A stretch of 32,000 bases of DNA from Candidatus Saccharimonadota bacterium (GCA_016699955.1 CP064993.1:60001-92000), one strand, 5' to 3'; shown: positions 7,856 to 17,055, numbered from the stretch's first letter. Numbers and translations: made by a program. The notes: generated from the letters alone by a model not told the origin.

Positions 7856-8250
7856 TACCTGTTTAGTATAGCGTACGTCACGCCCGCGACCGTGGCGGTG
7901 AGCAGCGCACCCCACAGCAAATCAACAACTACGACTTTTGTGGTAAAGCCCTTAATAGTCGCGAGGTTTGTAAGATCATAAGTAGCATACGCCACAAAGC
8001 CAAAGAGCGCGCCGCGCGTCAGCGCGTGAGTCAGTGAACCTTTTTCAAGTGCCGGGGAAATTACAAAAGTCACCACGCCGACAACGTAAATGATGTAGAA
8101 CAGGACTGCGGCAGTCATGTTTGGCTTATCGAGTAGTAACTTACCTATCTGTGAGCGGTAAAACGTTTTTGCTACCGTCCCAAGCCATATATAGTCCAGC
8201 ACCCCCATGACCCCACTTGCTACCAGTAGCTGTATGAATATGTTTGGCAT
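7855..8250 (-). CDS. DUF2177-like small membrane protein
   Basis: 131 aa with 4 predicted TM helices. The sequence pattern (LDYIWLG...FYIIYVVG...ATYDLTNLA) resembles DUF2177. It is tightly coupled to both neighbours. Confidence 0.6.
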   Translation of the reverse strand: MPNIFIQLLVASGVMGVLDYIWLGTVAKTFYRSQIGKLLLDKPNMTAAVLFYIIYVVGVVTFVISPALEKGSLTHALTRGALFGFVAYATYDLTNLATIKGFTTKVVVVDLLWGALLTATVAGVTYAILNR

Positions 8251-8967
8251 TTAATCCTCCTTCACTTGCTTCATATTAAGATACCCTTTGCGCTCATCTT
8301 CCGGCAAATGTTCAATGGCGTAACGAAGGGTGGTGCGGGGCATGGTGGGGGCATGACGACTCAGGAAAGTACGTAGGAGTTGTTCATCGCAGCGTTTGCC
8401 AACCTCGCGCAGCGTCCACCCGACGGCTTTGTGCATTAGGTCATGTTTATCACCCAGCAGTAACTCGGCCAGGGCTAGTGATGTTGATGCATCGCCCTTA
8501 GCAATATAGGCGAAAGTACTGATGATACTAGCGCGGCGTTCCCAGAGACTTTCGCTCTTAGCTAGTTCGTATAGTTTGCTGCGATTTTCGCGCAGATGTT
8601 CACCCACAATATGTCGACACGACACGTCCACAAGATCCCAGTTGTTGATATGGCCGTTTCCAAGTTCTGCTAGGTACAGCTCGTAGATTGCTTGTTTGTC
8701 GTCTGCTTTTGGGTACTGCAGCGTCAAAATAATCACCCCCGCCATGCGATGTTCATGCACGGGGCTTTCGAGAAGCTGTTGCACTTCTTTGAGAGGGAGG
8801 TTGCGAAACTTTTTACAGACTTTGCGAATGTTTGGTACCCGTACGCCAATAAACTGATCCCCTTCGCCGTATTCACCCGGCCCAGTCTTAAAAAACCACT
8901 GCAAATTTACTGCGTCCGCACCGCTGGCATAGTCCTGGAGCGAAGATACTACATCAGCAGCAATCAT
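8251..8967 (-). CDS. DNA alkylation repair protein (AlkD/AlkC-like HEAT-repeat family, PF08713)
   Basis: 238 aa. N-terminal ...NLQWFFKTGPGEYGEGDQFIGVRVPNIRKV... and downstream helical repeats are typical of the DNA_alkylation family. Confidence 0.8.
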   Translation of the reverse strand: MIAADVVSSLQDYASGADAVNLQWFFKTGPGEYGEGDQFIGVRVPNIRKVCKKFRNLPLKEVQQLLESPVHEHRMAGVIILTLQYPKADDKQAIYELYLAELGNGHINNWDLVDVSCRHIVGEHLRENRSKLYELAKSESLWERRASIISTFAYIAKGDASTSLALAELLLGDKHDLMHKAVGWTLREVGKRCDEQLLRTFLSRHAPTMPRTTLRYAIEHLPEDERKGYLNMKQVKED

Positions 8968-8969
8968 GT

Positions 8970-9497
8970 TTATGATTGTACCAATTCGGCAAGTTTTCGG
9001 GCTGTGTTAACGTTACGAATGCTCATTTGTTGGTAGAGCGGAGTGCCGACCACCTTTGGCAGGCTGCCACGTGACTGGTGCTTACGCTCGATATTCCAAA
9101 GAAGCGCTCCCGGTACATACAGCCCCGTTTCTATGTCTGAATTACAACCGACTTTCATCACAATTGAGGCGTCGTCAGCTGCCGGGAACAGAAAAGCAAC
9201 ATCTGATTTTTGGTCGTCGTCATTACGCCAGCTTTCGGGTATAGATTCGGCGACACGACATACAGTATTTGCGTCCAGCACCAGCACTGGCACTGCGAAG
9301 CCAAATTCCACTTCGATTGCCTTCTCTACCTCTGTAGCATTTAACTTGGTTGCTTTTTTACAAACTGCATTACCGGAGTTTAAGTATGTTTGCACATCGG
9401 TACAACCAAGACTCTCGAGTATTGCTTTGAGGCGTGACATTTCCACTCGGGTGTTTCCGCCCACGTTGACGCCTCTTAGTAGAACAACATATGTCAT
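8970..9497 (-). CDS. DUF1697 family protein
   Basis: MTYVVLLRGVNVGGNTRVEMSRLKAILESLGCTDVQTYLNSGNAV matches the canonical DUF1697 N-terminus. The start is set to ATG 9497; the track ORF begins 6 codons earlier, inside the -10 box. Confidence 0.8.
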   Translation of the reverse strand: MTYVVLLRGVNVGGNTRVEMSRLKAILESLGCTDVQTYLNSGNAVCKKATKLNATEVEKAIEVEFGFAVPVLVLDANTVCRVAESIPESWRNDDDQKSDVAFLFPAADDASIVMKVGCNSDIETGLYVPGALLWNIERKHQSRGSLPKVVGTPLYQQMSIRNVNTARKLAELVQS

Positions 9498-9503
9498 ATG
9501 TAC

Positions 9504-9509
9504 ATTGTA
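9504..9509 (-). promoter_or_regulatory. -10-like hexamer TACAAT, 6 nt upstream of ATG 9497
   Basis: attgta on the + strand at 9504-9509. It would head the DUF1697-alkD-like-DUF2177-DUF1295 operon. Confidence 0.45.
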
Positions 9510-9580
9510 GTACAAATACCAAAAAAGAGGCTAACATCGCCGAAATACAAACAGATAGCTTCCTACGAGTTCGGGTGAAT

Positions 9581-9931
9581 TTAAGAATCTGCGTAGGCTT
9601 TTGACAAATTCGTGTACGCCTTGGTGCGGAAGGCGAAGAGAACGGCAATGAGCATAACGAGGCTTGCCAGAATAAATACAAGCGCAATACCGCGTGCCTC
9701 GCCGTCACCGACCAACCAACCAAATGCAATTTTCCCGGCGTCACTGTTCATGTACGGAATAAGTCCAAATTGAGCAATGGGTGCAATAATGAACGCGGTT
9801 ATTGGCGAGCTAGCGGACTCTATCGCCTGAGCCAAACCAAAAACCCTGCCCTGGCGCTTAAACGGGACAACTCGCTGAATAATAGTCTGCTCGGCCGCTT
9901 CGATAACCGGAAAAATACTCATATATAGAAA
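9581..9931 (-). pseudogene. MFS transporter, C-terminal fragment (split by IS1595-family insertion)
   Basis: 113-aa ORF of TM helices (MSIFPVIEAAEQTIIQRVVPFKRQGRVFGLAQ...). It continues the 10704..11655 fragment in frame once the IS and one target-duplication copy are removed. Confidence 0.85.
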
Positions 9932-10703
9932 GGCTCTTGCCCAGCAAAAATCTAGCGTAAACTAGATTTAGACATGAAATTACAGATACCATACGGTAAA
10001 ATAAGCGGTTATAAAGTTGGAAAAATCCTGAAACACTTTGTAGTTGACGTAGAGGCTAGTAAAACAGCAGATCTTCTGGGGCTCAATCGTAAGACAGTTG
10101 ACGAGTATTACAACCTTTTTCGTAAGCTCATATACATTGAGCAGAAACAGGCTTTTACGCGACTCACTGGCGTTATTGAGCTGGATGAAAGTTACTTTGG
10201 GGCAAGACGTATACGAGGCCTACATATCAAGCTAAAACGCGGTAGAGGTACTCGCAAGCAACCAGTCTTTGGCATATACCAACGTGACGGACGTGTCTAT
10301 ACCGAAATAGTACCAAACTGTTCTGGTGCTACCTTACAGACAATCATTGAGCATACTGTATCTTTAAATGCCGAGATTAACTCTGATGGTTGGCGAGGAT
10401 ATGATGGCTTGGTAGATGTAGGTTATGACAAGCACTATCGCGTCAACCATGGCAATAATGAGTTTTCAGATTTCAAGGGGCATCACGTCAATGGTATTGA
10501 AAACTTCTGGAGTTTTACAAAACGACGAATACAGCGTAAAAACGGTATTCGAAAGACGTATTTCGAGTTATTCCTCAAAGAATGCGAGTGGCGTTATAAT
10601 AGAAGTGATGAACGAATGGAACAAGAGCTTAAAAAGCTTCTTAGCCACTACAACATTAAACGAAAGAAAGGGCTTGTTTAGCTAGGACTGCTGGGCAAGA
10701 GCC
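9932..10703 (+). mobile_element. Intact IS1595-family insertion sequence (772 bp)
   Basis: Inverted repeats GGCTCTTGCCCAGCA (9932-9946) and TGCTGGGCAAGAGCC (10689-10703). A 7-bp direct target duplication ATAGAAA lies at 9925-9931 and 10704-10710. One transposase ORF. Confidence 0.85.
9974..10681 (+). CDS. IS1595-family (ISXO2-like) DDE transposase
   Basis: 235 aa with the family blocks VIELDESYFG, KRGRGTRKQPVFGI, INSDGWRGYDGL and HVNGIENFWSFTKRR. Confidence 0.9.
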   Translation: MKLQIPYGKISGYKVGKILKHFVVDVEASKTADLLGLNRKTVDEYYNLFRKLIYIEQKQAFTRLTGVIELDESYFGARRIRGLHIKLKRGRGTRKQPVFGIYQRDGRVYTEIVPNCSGATLQTIIEHTVSLNAEINSDGWRGYDGLVDVGYDKHYRVNHGNNEFSDFKGHHVNGIENFWSFTKRRIQRKNGIRKTYFELFLKECEWRYNRSDERMEQELKKLLSHYNIKRKKGLV

Positions 10704-11655
10704 ATAGAAAAATACCAACCGCATAAAGCAACCACCACTCGCGAATGACAAACACCAGGCCGACGGTTGCAACGCCCACGTTCGCGAGCAGCATAGAGCG
10801 GAGTGGGTTTTTACCCAAACCCTTTTTGGCGACAATTAGCCCGCCAATGACAAAACCTGTTGTTGTCACGCCAAGCACAATACCCCACCACTCCACCGAG
10901 AACAGTGTCAACCCATATGGATCCATAAGCGCCATAAATGCTCCGCCAACTAAGTTATTGAATGTGGTAAAAGCGATCAGCCAGCCTAGCCCAGGTACGG
11001 AGCGAATGGCGGCAATGCTGCCCGAAATATCTATGCGTTTCTGGGCGATTTCTGGGTCGTGGTGAATAGTTTTCTCTGGTATAGCAACCAGCCCCAGATG
11101 CCCCAGGGAAATTGCCGTCAGCGCGATAGCAATGCAAAGTGTCCAACCCATTCCAAGCAACCCTATCGAAAGACCCGAGAAAACACTTGTCACCATAAAC
11201 GCCACCCCTTGCACTGTACCGACCATGCCGTTTGCTTTATCTCGCTCACTTTTTGGCACCAGGAGTGTTACGGTTGTGCTGAGTGCTATATTACGCATGT
11301 TTTCTACGACACTACCAAATAGTACCAGCCCTGCCAGTAAGTAGAACGGATAGGCACTGACGTCTGTAAGCTGAGCTTCAGAGTGTAGCAAAAACCCGAC
11401 TCCCGCCAGCGCATAAAATACTAGGGTAATACTACTTGAAAGCAACATGACTGTTTTCTTTTTATGCTGGTCGACGATAGCCCCAAAAAATAAGCTCATC
11501 ACGGCAACTAGGAGCATGTATGAGCCGCCGATGATACCCGTGGCGAGCACAGATTTGGTTTCAAGATACACCCAAAAAGTCAGTGCAAACCAAAGGTAGC
11601 TCGTCGTTACATTGGCTATCAGTGTGTTTAAGAGTACCCTGCGAAAATTTTGCAT
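10704..11655 (-). pseudogene. MFS transporter, N-terminal fragment (about 317 native codons) interrupted by the IS
   Basis: TM-rich ORF. The last 8 residues and the stop (WLLPSSPS*) are read from the IS right end. Joining to 9581..9924 restores ...YAVGIFL-Y-MSIFPVIE..., a 431-aa MFS-size protein. Confidence 0.85.
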
Positions 11656-11693
11656 ATCAGAAAACAGTGTACACGCTTATACGCTGTATCTCA

Positions 11694-12182
11694 CTACTGA
11701 GCTGTTTCTAACTCTGAGATTATAATTTTTTTCATTTCCATCATGCGCTGCCAGGCTACTTGATTGTAAGTACCATCTGATTTACTCATTATAGTGTCCA
11801 TGTTTTGAGGCACAATTTGCCAGCTCAAGCCGTAGCTATCCTTGCACCAGCCACATTGCTCACTTTCTGGGACATGCGAAAGTTTTGACCAAAAATAGTC
11901 AATTTCTGCTTGGTCTGCGCAAGCAACCGAAAACGAAACAGCCTCGGTAAAATTAAACTCGGGGCCAGCGTTGATTGCAACAAAAGTCTGCCCTGCCAAC
12001 TCAAATGTAATAGTAAGCTCCTTGCCTGCAAGAGCCTGCTGGAAATCAAGCAAACCCTCAGAGGGGTAGTAAGTTGTTGCCGTAATTGTACTGCCCTCAA
12101 ACACCGAAACGTAAAAGTCCACCGCTTGTTTTGCATTGCCGTCAAACCACAGGTTCGGTGTAATTTTTTGAATTATTGCCAT
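11694..12182 (-). CDS. VOC-superfamily protein, PhnB-like / 3-demethylubiquinone-9 3-methyltransferase domain (PF06983)
   Basis: The N-terminus IQKITPNLWFDGNAKQAVDFYVSVF... and ...CGWCKDSYGLSWQIVP are characteristic of this family. Confidence 0.8.
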   Translation of the reverse strand: MAIIQKITPNLWFDGNAKQAVDFYVSVFEGSTITATTYYPSEGLLDFQQALAGKELTITFELAGQTFVAINAGPEFNFTEAVSFSVACADQAEIDYFWSKLSHVPESEQCGWCKDSYGLSWQIVPQNMDTIMSKSDGTYNQVAWQRMMEMKKIIISELETAQ

Positions 12183-12267
12183 ACTACGCCTCCACCGGCT
12201 TTAAGTTCGCTTCTTTGTCATCTACAAGCACTTCAAAATCTATGGTTTCCTTTGTCATATGCCTACC

Positions 12268-12534
12268 TTATAACCTTTCCGTAATTTGTACTTCAACGCT
12301 ATCGCCTTCCTTTTTGCGAATTTGTCTCAATATTGCGGCCGTTATGGGCAACTTGTGCGTACCGTCGCCCATGGCCATAAATGAGCTTATAAATGGTTCC
12401 CCGTCAAACTTTCCCTTCACTTTTACTATGCCCTTCGTGCCAAAAAACTTTACTGAGGCGGGCCAAGCCACATACGTCCAGCCGCCCTTTGCTGGAGACT
12501 TGTGTACCTGCGACAAAAATACTATTCGCTTCAT
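12268..12534 (-). CDS. DUF1905 domain protein
   Basis: 88 aa: ...[49 protein letters not shown]... is the typical DUF1905 beta-barrel pattern. Confidence 0.75.
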   Translation of the reverse strand: MKRIVFLSQVHKSPAKGGWTYVAWPASVKFFGTKGIVKVKGKFDGEPFISSFMAMGDGTHKLPITAAILRQIRKKEGDSVEVQITERL

Positions 12535-12537
12535 ACA

Positions 12538-12954
12538 CTAGGCAAAAAGACTAAAAATCCAAGCCGCAACCATCAAGCAAACTAGTGAACCACCTGCCAT
12601 GATTGCAATTCGGCGCTGAATCCACCGTGCGTGGACGCCGCCAAAGATAACTGCGGAAACTTGTGTCGGAACTACAAAACCAACCCATAGCCAAAGAGCG
12701 ATCACAAACTCTGATGAGTCTGGATTATCAGCGATGAAAAGTGCTAGCACATAACTAGTCATTAGCGTCACAAAAAGCTGCAGGCCATAATAGGGACCCA
12801 TTTTTGACTGCATTTCTTTTTGGTCTTTTTTCGACAGTTTATCGAACCCAAACATTTCACCCCACTGCTTACCAAACACAAACGTGTACCACGCTGCGCC
12901 GACAATGAATTGCGCCATCGACGCCAGAGCAACTACACCAAGATTAATTGACAT
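12538..12954 (-). CDS. DUF1761 membrane protein
   Basis: 138 aa with 4 TM helices and an N-terminal ...FIVGAAWYTFVFGKQWGEMFGF... motif. A strong SD AAGGAGGA lies 7 nt upstream. Confidence 0.7.
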   Translation of the reverse strand: MSINLGVVALASMAQFIVGAAWYTFVFGKQWGEMFGFDKLSKKDQKEMQSKMGPYYGLQLFVTLMTSYVLALFIADNPDSSEFVIALWLWVGFVVPTQVSAVIFGGVHARWIQRRIAIMAGGSLVCLMVAAWIFSLFA

Positions 12955-13042
12955 TCTAACATCCTCCTTTTAACTTCATTGTAGCGCACACGTGAACGTC
13001 GGAATGTACGAAATCTTACACACTCGCTCGCTATGTCCACGC

Positions 13043-13600
13043 TTACGGCGATACCAGCGGATGCTCGAGCAAATACTCTCCCGCAGGAACTGAAAACCAG
13101 CTCGTGACATAATCTTCCAGAACAAGCCGATAGTTTTCTATGACATCTAGGACAATTTCATGGCGATCCTTGGCGGCCTCAAGTTCGGCAAGGCTATACC
13201 AGCGTAAATCTTCCGATTCTGAGTCATGCGGATTTGCAGCTGGCACTGCCGCAGCGATGAACGCAAACCCAACATCTGTATGGTAGTGTAGACTGGAAAA
13301 CAAGTGCGTCATAAGCATCGCTGGAACTGGATGTACGACATTTTTGTCCGAATGAAAAACACGTTTTTTTGGCTGCAAAACCGCAAGCTCGTCTAAACTG
13401 TACCCCGCTTCTTCCCGAAGCTCATGTTCAATTGCCTGCCACGGCGTCTCAGTCAGCTCAACATGTCCGCCAACCTGCAGCAGCTTATGAAGTTTGTTAT
13501 GCATATGCACCAAACATTTCCATTCACCCGCTTCCTTACGTACAATGTAGGCGCTTACCGTCAAATCATGTTGCCCTGGCTCTGTGTGAATATGCGGCAT
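13043..13600 (-). CDS. NUDIX hydrolase
   Basis: Nudix box GGHVELTETPWQAIEHELREEAGY (GX5EX7REUXEEXGU). The start abuts the stop of the upstream EamA gene (TAAATG). Confidence 0.85.
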   Translation of the reverse strand: MPHIHTEPGQHDLTVSAYIVRKEAGEWKCLVHMHNKLHKLLQVGGHVELTETPWQAIEHELREEAGYSLDELAVLQPKKRVFHSDKNVVHPVPAMLMTHLFSSLHYHTDVGFAFIAAAVPAANPHDSESEDLRWYSLAELEAAKDRHEIVLDVIENYRLVLEDYVTSWFSVPAGEYLLEHPLVSP

Positions 13601-14494
13601 TTATGTAGCCCGACCCTTCCAAGCAATAAAGTATATGCTCGTGAGCACAACAACCGACCCAACGAGCTTTTCCCAGGAATAGCCTTCGCCGAGCAAAAGC
13701 ACACCTGCTAGCGCGGTCGTAACTACCTGGCCATTGTTAAGCACAACTGCGTGGTTTGCATTTATAAGATGTACAGAGGCGGCAAACGTTTTCATTGTTA
13801 GCCAATACAACATTCCGGCTACGAGTACCCACGGCCACAAGCGGCCAATAACCTCAAAACTTCTTACTGCAAATAAACTCGCAATGAGCGCATATCCCGC
13901 TGCTAAAACTAGCCGTATATTTGGCACAATCAGCGAACCATGCTTACGCATAACTTTCCGGCTAAGCACATTGCCAAACCCAAAGATTATTTCCGACGAC
14001 AGAATAATAGCGTCTCCCTTGTTCAGATGTAGCTTGTGCAGTCCGACTATGCCAATATACATACCGACAAATAGCACCAGCAGCCATAAGCGTTGCCTTG
14101 ACGTAATATGCTCACGCAGCATAATTGCCGAGAAAAATATGGTTGTCAATATTGTCGCCGTGCCAATCAGTGAAGCATTGATAGAAGATGTATATCGCTG
14201 CCCAAATACAAGCAGGCCGACCGCTACAAAACTAGCGAGCGAAAGCACAACAAACTTACCGGCGTCCTTACGAAGGCGTTCGTACATAACCTTATTCATG
14301 TGGCGCCGTAGTGATGCAGCCCCAAATAGTCCGCCTGCCAGCGCAAACAAGAGGGAGTATTCTAACGCACCAATGTCGTAGGTGTTATATACGTGCTTAT
14401 TCACTACCAAATACGCAGTCAGAAACAATGCTGAAGCAATCCCCGCTAACACTCCCTTCATCCCGTCTGAGAGCCCGTGCCATTTCTGCTTCAC
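13601..14494 (-). CDS. EamA/DMT-superfamily transporter, GTG start
   Basis: 297 aa with about 10 TM helices in two EamA-like halves. The GTG start overlaps the upstream stop (GTGA). Confidence 0.75.
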   Translation of the reverse strand: MKQKWHGLSDGMKGVLAGIASALFLTAYLVVNKHVYNTYDIGALEYSLLFALAGGLFGAASLRRHMNKVMYERLRKDAGKFVVLSLASFVAVGLLVFGQRYTSSINASLIGTATILTTIFFSAIMLREHITSRQRLWLLVLFVGMYIGIVGLHKLHLNKGDAIILSSEIIFGFGNVLSRKVMRKHGSLIVPNIRLVLAAGYALIASLFAVRSFEVIGRLWPWVLVAGMLYWLTMKTFAASVHLINANHAVVLNNGQVVTTALAGVLLLGEGYSWEKLVGSVVVLTSIYFIAWKGRAT

Positions 14495-14991
14495 ATTTCT
14501 GCCTTTAGCTGGGCAAAACCTTTGCGGATGGCCACCATTTCTGGGTCAGTTTCATCCTTTGAGCCAGCATAGGTCATGCTCAGCTCTTCAAGCGCAAACC
14601 AACCATAGGCACTGTGGTCTTCTGGCTTGGGACGGATATTTTCGAGAGGGTCGGCAAACTGCGCAAAGTAAATAATTTCTATAGCATGCGCCTTTTTTAC
14701 CTCATTTATATAGGTAAACACGTCGAGCAAATCGCCAATTCTTACGCACATCCCAAATTCTTCCATAACCTCTCGTGCCACCGCAATCTTCAAATCTTCC
14801 CCGTAGTCAATGTGTCCGCCGGGCAGCTCCCACACGCCAGGCAAAAACTTTTTACTGTCCGCACGTTTAGCCAAAAACACCTTCGTCACCCCATCGATTT
14901 CATGAGTAATAAACGCGCAGGCAGTAAACACTTGCTGCCCTTCGGCCAGCGTCTCGCTATCATGCTGTACGGTGTTGGATTTATGAAACAT
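14491..14991 (-). CDS. NUDIX hydrolase
   Basis: Nudix box PGGHIDYGEDLKIAVAREVMEEFGM. The start is set to ATG 14991 (MFHKSNTV...). The longer ORF to 15066 would run 86 nt into the upstream membrane-protein gene. Confidence 0.8.
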   Translation of the reverse strand: MFHKSNTVQHDSETLAEGQQVFTACAFITHEIDGVTKVFLAKRADSKKFLPGVWELPGGHIDYGEDLKIAVAREVMEEFGMCVRIGDLLDVFTYINEVKKAHAIEIIYFAQFADPLENIRPKPEDHSAYGWFALEELSMTYAGSKDETDPEMVAIRKGFAQLKAEM

Positions 14992-16042
14992 GCGACCTAC
15001 TACTCTTATAAAGACGAGACCACAAACGAACAAAATAAAACAGTGCTGGCAATGTCGCAATACCAACCCATGCTATGCTTGTCGCGCTCATTATTGAGGG
15101 GTTTTTATACTGTAAGTAGAATAATATTGTCAGATATACTATTGTGGCTATGGTCTCTTTGGGTCGCATCTGGTAGTTCGAAAACCGCTGGACTACAATG
15201 TTACGTTGCGGAGCGAATTTTTTTGAACGGCCCCAAAACAACCACAAACCAAGTAGGATAGCGCTACTTGCGATATACATTGTTGCGCTACCAAACAAAA
15301 GAAATTGCGCAAAGTATGTAAAACCATCTTGCATTGAAATAGAATCAGGACGATATAGATCTAGCAAGTGTTTGATATACCTTATGGCAAAGATTAGCGC
15401 AACGAATACACTCCACAAACTCAATCCTATTCTTAGCCAACGCGGCAATCTGCGCATAATAAACGAACTGGTTAATGAAACAAGGACAATGATACTAGAG
15501 ATACTGAGCCCAACCCACATAAACGAATTGGCCTGCCCGTCTATTATCGACATAGCAAGAATGTACACTACGCCCATCGACTGAGCCAAAACCAATCCTT
15601 CAGAAATTCTAGAAACAAATGTTGTTGTTTTGAGCGCCAAACTAACTACCACAGTGACTAGTACGAATCCGGCTACAAATGAAACTGGCCACCAGCGAAG
15701 CAGGAACTCGCTTGCGCCCGAACTATCGGGATTAGTCAACAGTGTATACACTCCAGTGAGAGCCGTGAAAAATGCCGAGCATATGAGCCACAATGTCAGG
15801 GTAATATCACGACTTTGACGGAAAAATTCGACCGCACTCCCAAGAAACACGGGAAGAACAACCAAAAACAAGGCTTGCCGATTTGTCTCGGTATCGAACA
15901 TTGCCGTTAGAGCAAAGCACAGGAGTAATACCCAAAGCACGATATTGCGAAATAATAAAAACTTGTCATGTCTACCTGATTGCCTATAGCCCTTCTGCGA
16001 TTCTTTGTCAGTGCCGGTTGTGCTAAGCCGTTGATTATTCAT
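14981..16042 (-). CDS. Polytopic membrane protein (about 10 TM), unknown family
   Basis: 353 aa from ATG 16042 (MNNQRLSTTG...), which overlaps the trhO stop by 8 nt. It is hydrophobic throughout, with no motif I recognise. The 413-aa track ORF extends 180 nt into trhO and is rejected. Confidence 0.6.
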   Translation of the reverse strand: MNNQRLSTTGTDKESQKGYRQSGRHDKFLLFRNIVLWVLLLCFALTAMFDTETNRQALFLVVLPVFLGSAVEFFRQSRDITLTLWLICSAFFTALTGVYTLLTNPDSSGASEFLLRWWPVSFVAGFVLVTVVVSLALKTTTFVSRISEGLVLAQSMGVVYILAMSIIDGQANSFMWVGLSISSIIVLVSLTSSFIMRRLPRWLRIGLSLWSVFVALIFAIRYIKHLLDLYRPDSISMQDGFTYFAQFLLFGSATMYIASSAILLGLWLFWGRSKKFAPQRNIVVQRFSNYQMRPKETIATIVYLTILFYLQYKNPSIMSATSIAWVGIATLPALFYFVRLWSRLYKSSRSHVS

Positions 16043-16958
16043 GATTTGTGGCAGTGGCTTGGGTAGATTTTTCAGGCGCACCGTTAAGACACTTGGCTGC
16101 GTGATATAGCTTGTCTGGGTCAGCTGCACAGGGGTCACAAATGAGAACGAGTTCGTTGCAAGCCTGGTTGGCGCAGTTTTCGTAGTTACTTGTTGCTCGG
16201 CCACAATGAATACACTCGCCAATCACTTTGCTGTGGTCGCTGAAGTTCATGCCCATGCGCCCATCAAAGACATAGAGTTGCCCTTCCCACAAACCATCAT
16301 CACCGTACGCTTCACCGTACTTCACAATGCCTCCATCTATTTGGTAAACGTCCTTAAAGCCGCGCTGTTTCATCATGGCGCTCAAAAGTTCACAGCGCAC
16401 ACCGCCCGTGCAGTATGAAATGACTTTTTTACTTTTTAGCTCGTCGTACTTACCGCTTTCGAGTTCGCGCTTGAAATCACGTGAAGTTCGAGTGTCTGGT
16501 ACAACGGCATTTTTAAATCGTCCAACTTTTGCTTCGTACTGATTACGCCCATCGAAAAATACAACGTCGTCACCATACTTCTCGACCATTTCGTTTACCT
16601 GCTCAGGCTTCAGGTGCTGCCCCGTGCCGACAACGCCCTTTTCGTCGACTTTCACTTCATCCCATGTTTCAAACGCCACCAGTTCCTTTTTGACCTTCAC
16701 GCTCATACGCGGAAAGTTTTTGCGCCCACCATCACTCCATTTCCATAGTATGTCTTTAAAGCCTGGAAACTCTTTGGTCTTTTTTACATACGTTTTAAGG
16801 TCTTCCAAATCACCCCCCACCGTGCCATTGATACCCTGCGCGCTCACCAATATCCGACCGTGCAGATTGAGCGAATCGCATAACGTCTTCTGCCAGAACT
16901 TGAGCATTTCTGGGTCTTTCACCGGAGTAAATTTGTAGTACAAGAGAATTTTTTGCAT
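16035..16958 (-). CDS. trhO: tRNA uridine(34) hydroxylase TrhO (rhodanese-domain protein, YceA/UPF0176 family)
   Basis: ILLYYKFTPVKDP...GRILVSAQGINGTVGG N-terminal domain, rhodanese active-site loop YCTGGVRCE, and a C-terminal Cys cluster (CIHCGR...C..C...C.PC). ATG 16958 is preferred over GTG 16976 because a TATACT box lies 6 nt upstream. Confidence 0.85.
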   Translation of the reverse strand: MQKILLYYKFTPVKDPEMLKFWQKTLCDSLNLHGRILVSAQGINGTVGGDLEDLKTYVKKTKEFPGFKDILWKWSDGGRKNFPRMSVKVKKELVAFETWDEVKVDEKGVVGTGQHLKPEQVNEMVEKYGDDVVFFDGRNQYEAKVGRFKNAVVPDTRTSRDFKRELESGKYDELKSKKVISYCTGGVRCELLSAMMKQRGFKDVYQIDGGIVKYGEAYGDDGLWEGQLYVFDGRMGMNFSDHSKVIGECIHCGRATSNYENCANQACNELVLICDPCAADPDKLYHAAKCLNGAPEKSTQATATNHE

Positions 16959-16964
16959 AAAGAT

Positions 16965-16970
16965 AGTATA
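16965..16970 (-). promoter_or_regulatory. -10-like hexamer TATACT, 6 nt upstream of ATG 16958
   Basis: agtata on the + strand at 16965-16970. It would head the five-gene trhO operon. Confidence 0.45.
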
Positions 16971-17043
16971 TCCCACCTCTGAGTTCTAGGACAGTCTTCG
17001 CTCACTGCAACTTAAAAAGGTTTAATGGTTGTGGTAATTGCGG

Positions 17044-17049
17044 TAAAAT
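17044..17049 (+). promoter_or_regulatory. -10-like hexamer TAAAAT, 6 nt upstream of ATG 17056
   Basis: TAAAAT at 17044-17049, spacer ACCTTC, no SD. Confidence 0.35.
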
Positions 17050-17055
17050 ACCTTC

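Noticed and set aside
6995-7915. Long N-terminal extensions in the ORF track: 6995..7915, 14491..15066, 14981..16222, 16035..16976, 17597.., 19378.., 22226.., 25923.., 8970..9515 and 30876..31958.
   Set aside because: The extensions overlap the upstream gene or contain the -10 box or SD that serves a downstream in-frame start. Family N-termini (DUF1697, DedA, TrhO) match the shorter versions.
13734-15261. Two 215-aa plus-strand ORFs (13734..14381 and 14614..15261).
   Set aside because: Both are fully antisense to motif-supported minus-strand genes (EamA, NUDIX and the polytopic membrane protein). Their translations are low-complexity with no motifs. They are typical shadow ORFs.
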